DNA of 64,000 bases, from NCBI GenBank assembly GCA_907165135.1, contig OU015569.1:2666001-2730000 (forward strand), read 5' to 3'. A program made the translations under genes and the position numbers. This document shows, piece after piece, positions 50,374-64,000 of the stretch. The notes under the pieces are model-generated. The model was not told the origin of the DNA and ran no database searches. It saw only the letters and a list, made by a program, of their open reading frames with translations. Origin of the DNA: Oikopleura dioica. Its lineage: Eukaryota; Animalia; Chordata. The stretch's first letter is position 1; every line of letters starts with the position of its first letter.

Positions 50374-51912
50374 CTATATAACGCGATCGAGGGTCTTGTA
50401 CTTCTCGACGAATATCCTTAGCGTTTTGAGAAAAGTCTCCGAATGGCCACCACAATGTTCGTGATTCTCGACACTTGGGTCGCGAACCCGCTGCTCGATT
50501 TCGCGGTAAAGATGCTCCGTCAAGTCGTTTTGCCAGTTATACTTGGTGAAGCCGTCGTTGATAGCTTTGAAGACGGGCGAGTAATTATTGTAAAACGTCT
50601 ATTTCAAATGATTTCCAAGCGATCTATCTTTTATGATTTTGAAATTGAGTCTTGGAAAACACTTTCCTTCGCATTTCCATGAGCGATCGCAGCTCCCATT
50701 TCATCCGCTTCTGGGCAGCTTCGCTCGCTTTGGGCGTCAAAGCAGAACTTGTGGTGATAATTCCATCGACAGGGGAGGAAATAAATTAGTTCTTTCGAAA
50801 GTTTTTCAAATATAATCATTTATGCATTCTTGTATTAGAAAGAAAAGTAAAACCGTTCCTGGATTGTAATGGAATGCCGTGTTGATCAAGTTCTGATCGC
50901 CAAACATGTCCTTCTTATTCCTGTAGTAGAGCGGAAGCAAAAGATCTTTGTCCCACTTGAAAGAATTCAGCGATATTGACTCTGCCGTATTGAACACAGG
51001 CTCGCGCATGCGAGTCAAGTTCATCAGAAAAACGCCCGAGTTCACTTGAGTCATTCCAGCGCCAGCGCGGAGAATGAAGTTAGGGTTCGACCCTGGGACC
51101 TTGAAATCCCAGCCGACTCGGGGAGCCAATGCGCCAACCTAAAAAAGCCAATAGAAACAAATTCGACAAAAAGGAATGTTCAAATCGCACCTGGCGTTCG
51201 TCAAACTTGTCAAAGTGGGACCAGAGATCCTGAGGCGGCGCAAGAAACAACACATCGGAGTCGACGTAGATAACAGAGTCGACATCAGAGAGCACCTCGG
51301 GCAAGAAAAGACGGAAAGAGGCGCAAGGGCCCCACCAGTCGCGAAATTCGGACACTTCCTCGGGCGGCAGAGGATAATGAACTGTTCTCACATTGAGTTG
51401 GATGCGCTCTTGGGCGCTCACGGGCCAGCTTAGGAAGAGACTTCGGACGTGGTCTTCGTTGCCTTCGTTCGTGAAAATCGTCACCTTTAAAAGTTGAAAT
51501 CAGGACGGTTGTGTTTTACCATGATGCTTACCTTGATCTTGGGGTCTATCGAAAGTAATACAGCAGATTTGATCATATTGTGAGCCTCATCGAGAGCTGA
51601 TTTTGACTTGCCCTCGCAAGCAACAACGACAAGATGCACCTTTGGAATTTGAACGAGCTTGGTTTCGTGATGCACATCGCGCGCTGTCTCGTCGATTTCC
51701 GAAAGTATATCAGATACAGACTCATCTTCATCAAGGTTCATTAACAAGCATAAAGCGAATTAATTAGCAGCAGTTCTAATGACCTAGAATCTCCCTCTTT
51801 TTTCTTGAGAACCCTTGCCTTGAATCAGACTTAAAATTGAAAGGAATGCTAGTAAGAAAGTGGCGAATAAAACCGCCAGTCGCCGGCGTGCCTGTCGAGT
51901 AGAAGTGATCAT
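50374..51912 (-). CDS. GXYLT: Glucoside xylosyltransferase (GT8, GXYLT1/2, Shams-like)
   Basis: TM anchor; VHLVVVAC, PCASFRLFLPEVLSDVDSVIYVDSDVLFL, VNSGVFLMNLTRMR, GDQNLIN, LPCRWNY. Confidence 0.9.
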
Positions 51913-52235
51913 TCAAGAACGTTTTATCATCTGAACTTTGAAAAGAATTAGAAATGAAATAGATGCTTTGAATGTTTCTATGAATATTATTTTTTTATTG
52001 TCAGATTTAGGAAAAAATGGAAAGAGAAATTGACAGTTCAATAATTTTATACAATTACAGTTCAGTGAGTGGCGAGATTAAAGTGTTTGAGTGTGACCAC
52101 AGAAAATAATGATTTTTGCTAACTTAAAGTTTAAAGTTTTAAAGTATTAGGCGAGTAGTTGCATCAAACAAAAAGGAACTAAAAGGAGTAAAAGTACTTT
52201 GTATTGGACAGTAATACAGTTAATATAAACAAGAG

Positions 52236-54398
52236 TTAATCAAACTCGGTATCAGTGAGAATCTCATCATCATCTGACGCATGAGCGGCGAGAGAGACAG
52301 CTTTCATCGTGATTTTCACTGTTCTGTGAACTTTCTTTTCGCGCAGGCGTTCCTCGAGCGAGGCCTTCGTCACACCTTTTCTCTGGACTTGCTTCTTCGT
52401 TGGCGTTAGATACACTTCTTCGTCGCTGTCACAGGAAGAGTCTAAGACCGGCTTCGACTTTTGGCGAGGAGGCGTTTTTTTTTGCACAGCGCGTTTTCGC
52501 TTCAGTCTCTCCTTGAGCAGCGCTTGAGTGAAGAGAATAGCCGTCTTCTCCTGCTCGCTCTGTTCGCTCTCAGACGAGGACGATGATTCGACATTAGACG
52601 AGTCTGTTGGAACTTTTGGAGATGGAGAGCGAGGCTTTCTTCTTTGTCGTGAAGAAGACCTTCGTCTAGAATTTGATGATCGGCGGGCTATAGGAGAACG
52701 AGACCGCGATTTCCGGCTGAGCTCATTTGATCTTCTCTTTCTTGAAGGTTTTGAAGAGGAGCTTCTTCGTTCTGGTGAGCGATCGGAGGATGAACTAGAT
52801 CTCTTCCTACGTCTGGTCTTGCGAACTTCCAGGGATCGACGACTCCTTCAGTAAAGCCTGTTAATCAAGAAGATAAAAATAAAGTTACCTTCTTGGAGGC
52901 GTGTCTTTCTGACGACGCTTTGAAGACCGACTTCGTGAGCGGCGACTCCTCGAAGTGGACCTCCGTCTTTTCCTCTTTTCTGGAGACGGATCTGGGCTTC
53001 CAAGACGTTTCCTTCGAGTCGGTGATTTTGAAGATCTCCTTCTTTTCTCTATGTGTTGTTGGCGATAATTATTATTAACGGATTGCTTGGCGCTGAAAGA
53101 GAAAGCGAGGTTATGATTTTACGATAAAAAAATTGCTTACCGGGGGGCAGTTGGTGACGTTTTCGCGACAGGAGCAGATAAATTGGGCGATGATTGTTTT
53201 GGTCTAAAAAAAACAACTGTTTAGGCGATAGTTTTGCGCAAGTGACTTACTTTTCTGGCAGTATTTTAGTGCTAAGTTTTCTATAATCGACATCTGCGGA
53301 GGGAGATTGGGCATCAGTAGTCTTGGGCTCTTGAACAGCTGGAAGAGGGTTGACGGCGGCGATGGGCGTTGAGTATGACAACTGAGGGCCTTGATAATAA
53401 GTTTAAGATCTGAGAGAAAAGAAAGCAAAAATACCTCTGTAGGGAACAACTTGATCCTTTGTGTTGGCTCCTTCTCTGTAGTTGGTGACTTTAAACCTCG
53501 GTGTCATTCTGTCGTTGCAGGTCATTGTTCTGAAACGGCGCCACTCCTCTGTCGTCATCACTTCTCCAACATTCGTTTTCAAAGTGAGTCTAGGGAAAGA
53601 ATTTTTATTAATAAAATCGACGAAGAGTCATCCTTACTTGAGTTTGACGGCTTTTTCGATGTCTTTTCTGATCTCCTGTTGGAGATACTGAACGCCCTTG
53701 TCGCTCAAATGCACAGGATCTGGATCCAAATTGCGTCTGTTCATCGTCTGGGCGTATCTGTACAAGTCTGACTGGTTGTAGAATCGATCCCAGAGATCAA
53801 CATACTGGAGTTGCGGGTTTTTGGCGTCGAGGCAGTACTTCTCAATCGCCTTGTTGACTTCTATCGCTCGAGGATTCTCCTGATCGTAGCGTGGAAGGAT
53901 GGCTCCGCAGAGGACAACGGCGCTTTTGTAGATTTGCTGGACGATAGAAATGACGCCCTTTTGCTCGTGAATGATGGCTGGACCGGCTTTTTGTTCGCGG
54001 AGCGTGCTCACGTTGTTTGTTCCAACGTGAATGTAGACCACTAAAAAGATTATATTAAAAAAATAACTAAAGAAGGCTTACCTCCAATCTTTGAAGGCGG
54101 CGGTAGTCCAACTTCATTTTGAAGGTGGAAGCGAAGTTGTTCCGCCGTGATTCCAGGATATGCGTAAAGCCAGGTCGTATTCCGGAACTGCTCGCAGTTG
54201 ATGCTTTTGATCATCGAGTCCCCTATCAAGAGAACTTCGATGTCCTCTATTTTGTTCGAGCGAGGACATCCTTTCCATTCTAATTTCTAAAAAGAAAATT
54301 TGAAATACCAAAATTGAGATTCAATTTGTCAAATTCTTTCCATGAAAGATTTAAAAAAGTAAAATCACACCACATAAGAATAAAGTAAGTACCGTCAT
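52236..54398 (-). CDS. SGNH/GDSL esterase domain fused to an RS-rich low-complexity region, 8 exons, roughly 600 aa
   Basis: Blocks LLIGDSMIK, AYPGIT, IHVGTNN and DPVHLSDKG. The apparent stop of ORF 53634-54041 lies in a GTAAG donor, and a 48-nt intron joins it in frame to exons ending in RRRSTSRSRRSRSRSSKRR..SRSRSP..RSPSP. Confidence 0.75.
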
Positions 54399-54938
54399 TG
54401 GGAAATCAAGCTTCGCTTCTTCTGCTGCTTCTTCGATTTCGATCAATAATAACTCCGCATAGTTGCTCGATCTTCAAATTTCGATCTCTCAATTTTCTCC
54501 TCTGAAAAGGGGAATTTATTGACTCGTGTTCGATTACTGCGATGAGAATGCTGGTTTTCCATTAAAGGGAGTAAAAGGAAGAGAGCGCCACGGGAGAGCG
54601 CCGGACGATATGCATCAGCAGCTTTGCGATTATTTCCAGGAACAATAAAATGGAAAAATAATAATAAAACAGAAGATCGTTTAGCTGATTGTAAACTTTG
54701 ATACTTTAAATAGATAGTTTGTTAAAGAGCGCAATAACATTACAAATAAAGCGTAAATACAGTAAGTAACTGTAGCGTTAAGGGGAAGGATTGATATGAA
54801 GGAATAAGGCCACAAAAATCTCAAGTTTTTTCTTCTTTCTTAATGTTATTATGAACGAATCGGTTTCATAATTATATATACAGGAGGTTTTTAATTTGTT
54901 AGTTAGTATTAGCATTAGTTTTTCTTGTTTTGTTTTTG

Positions 54939-57035
54939 CTAGCTTTTAATTGAAGTAAGTCTGCGTTGGCTGGAATGTTTTAGCTGAAGAATGTCGCTGA
55001 TGCGGTCGATTTCGGCGAGACACTGATCGAGCTGTGCACGACTGTGACTCGCGGATAAACAGAAGCGAACTCGCCCTGATTCAAGAGGCGTCGCTTTTTT
55101 GCGTTAAATCTTGGGTAAACTGTTGGTAAAAAATATCATTTGTTTATGTTAACCAGTAATTTATTCGAAAATTGCGGGACCATGACCGAGAATCGAATCA
55201 AATAGACGGTCCTTGACACAAATAAGTAATTCATGGCTTAAATGTCTTACAGACGAGCAAACAGATTCCGTGTCGCCAGGTAAATAAAACCAAGGGCATT
55301 TGTGACCCATTGGGATCACCTGCGTCGCTGATAAGCGCGACTTTTCAAAAGGGGTCAAGCTCAAGCACCTGGCCTTCCTCCATCCCTGAGAATTCGCACT
55401 CAAAAGAGAGATTGAGAGAGATTTAACGCTTTCCTGGAAAGCCGACAACGACGACAGCAATGCCCGCCTCTTCCATCATTCTTCCAAAAAGCGCTATCTT
55501 CGACGGAGCATACAGTAACATAGGCACCACGGGAGAGAAGTCGTTTCCAAAGACGATGACGCCAAGATCCTTGAGTTTTCGGCGGAAATAGAGGGAATTA
55601 TCTCGCAGCTGAATTAGACGCCGCTTTCCTCGTCCGCTTGAAACTTGCTCGATCGCTTGAATGACCTGCTCGCAGACACCTTCAATTGATAAATCGTTAT
55701 CAAACTATTTCAAATAAAAATCCAACCTGGAGACATGGAACAAGCGTATTTGTGAGCGTGGGAGGTTTTTCGAAGGTAGTTGATGATTTCTTTCTTTCCA
55801 GAGATGTAGCCACCTGCTGCTCCGAAGGACTTGGTGAAAGTACCCATCATTATATCCACATCATTAACATCGCAGTCTTATTAAATAAATTAACAATCAT
55901 CTCTATATCCCGTAAGCAAAAAAGTGAAATTGAATCCTTACCAAAGTGTTGTACGACTCCGCGGCCCCCAGCTCCGAGCGCGCCGATGGAATGAGCTTCA
56001 TCGAGATACAAATACGCTTTGTATTTCTTTTTCAACTCAATCAATCTCTTAAGGTTGACGACACTTCCTTCCATCGAATAAATTCCTTCCACGACGAGAA
56101 TGATTTTCTTATACGGGCGAAAGGTGCGATCTTGACCGTTGATGATTGCGTTTCTGAGGTGGTTTTCCAGGTCTTCCATGTCGTTGTGCTTGTAGACGAT
56201 CGTCTTTGCCCCTGATAGACGAATACCTAGCACGAGGCTTGCATGGTTCAGCTCGTCGGAGAGAATCAAGCAACCAGGGCCAGCGATTGCTAAACATATT
56301 TTCAATTCGAGCTACAACGGTTCATAGCTCCGGAATCCGGATTATATTAAAAGCAAAACTTACCCGGGATATTCATCGAATTAGTTGCGAAACCCATCCC
56401 GAAAGTGAGAGTTGCCTCAACACCAAGAAACGCTGACCAAAGCGCTTCCAGTTCAACATGCTTCTCGGTCGTTCCAAGCTCGGACCTAAACAACGTTCAT
56501 GAGACCTCCTTTCAGCCCAAAAGATGGTACCGAGGTGATGAGAGCGTACAGCCCATTTCCTCCGTCGTCTTCTCAGCCATTTCAGCACACTTGCCCGTAT
56601 TTTCAGCGAAGCCAAGATAATTGTAACTCCCAAAGTTCAACGCTTTCTTCGCTTTGCCCGTAAAGTAATACGTCCAATTTTGATCATCGGATTTGCGCTC
56701 CATAAGGTCGAAAGTATCCCCGGGCACGGACTGAATCGGCATGTTGAAGCGATCTCGCACTCGCATATAAACGTTGCGGGTGAAGAAACTGGCGAACTCG
56801 TCGTGGAGAGGAGCGAAGCCTTCATTTCGCTTGAGATCTTGTGCCAGTTTCTAAAGAAAATTGCTCGAGCTTGCAAAGATAATATCGTTTTTTTCACCTT
56901 TGGCTTGCCGATATTGAAGGCTCGGAGGAAATCGGCGATGTAGCCAAAGATGTACATGCAGGTATAGTTGTAATACATGACAATGAGTACCCAAAGAGGT
57001 GGCTGCTCAAACTCCTCTTCGACTTTCGATGCCAT
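54939..57035 (-). CDS. SPTLC2: Serine palmitoyltransferase, LCB2 subunit
   Basis: [79 protein letters not shown] (PLP lysine), [23 protein letters not shown]2/3 orthology was not tested. Confidence 0.9.
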
Positions 57036-57345
57036 GCTAATGGAGAAAAAAGGTAAGACTAGACCATTCTTAGTAAAGATAAGCTACCGTTTATGAAGAA
57101 ATCAGAGATTAAATTAAATATTATCAAGAATTGAAATTGCTGAACAGAAACGAATGATGGAAAAAAATAAGAAACAAGGTAGGAATATGAGGCAGCAGTG
57201 TGATTACTTTGCACAATTTTCAGTTGTAGTTCTTGAGATTCATTGTTTGAATTTGAGAATGCGAGAGTCGTACTTTGATAGAGCTACTGTTTATGAATTT
57301 ATCTAAGTAAATAGTGGAATAGTAGGAATATATGGTACTTGATTA

Positions 57346-64000
<6,655 letters not shown>

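Noticed and set aside
52528-52854. Plus-strand ORF rich in D/E/L/R
   Set aside because: Antisense shadow of the RS-rich exon on the minus strand.
55161-55460. 99-aa ORF inside the SPTLC2 intron as a nested gene
   Set aside because: Its start lies in the SPTLC2 exon in another frame, it has no recognisable motif, and ORFs of this size are expected by chance.

Overview
Compact, intron-dense animal genomic DNA, most consistent with the larvacean tunicate Oikopleura dioica or a close relative. This is an inference from mostly 41-52 nt introns, frequent GA-AG/GC-AG introns, splice acceptors a few nt before start codons (SL trans-splicing style) and a tight same-strand gene run. Recognisable genes are a GT49 (B4GAT1-like) glycosyltransferase, an SLC43 transporter, an achaete-scute bHLH, an M14 carboxypeptidase, two paralogous coiled-coil/RING proteins, a sushi-domain trypsin-like protease, TOPBP1, IPMK, a CCDC181-like gene, GXYLT, SPTLC2 and an NBEAL-type BEACH gene that runs off the right edge. 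Several orphan genes and at least six families of non-autonomous DNA transposons are also present. Highlights: (1) many introns longer than the ~45 nt mode, especially GA-AG/GC-AG ones, carry an inverted repeat pairing their first ~16 nt with sequence just before the acceptor, a candidate structure-guided splice code; (2) a 1836-bp nested hAT-type element sits inside a conserved NBEAL coding motif, and its single TIR mismatch creates an in-frame AG acceptor, so it may be an intron being born; (3) three junctions restore homology only if one of the two boundary Gs is retained; (4) an intron-containing gene fuses a LINE-ORF1-like SGNH esterase to an RS-rich domain. All gene models were hand-spliced from the sequence and are not validated by transcripts.
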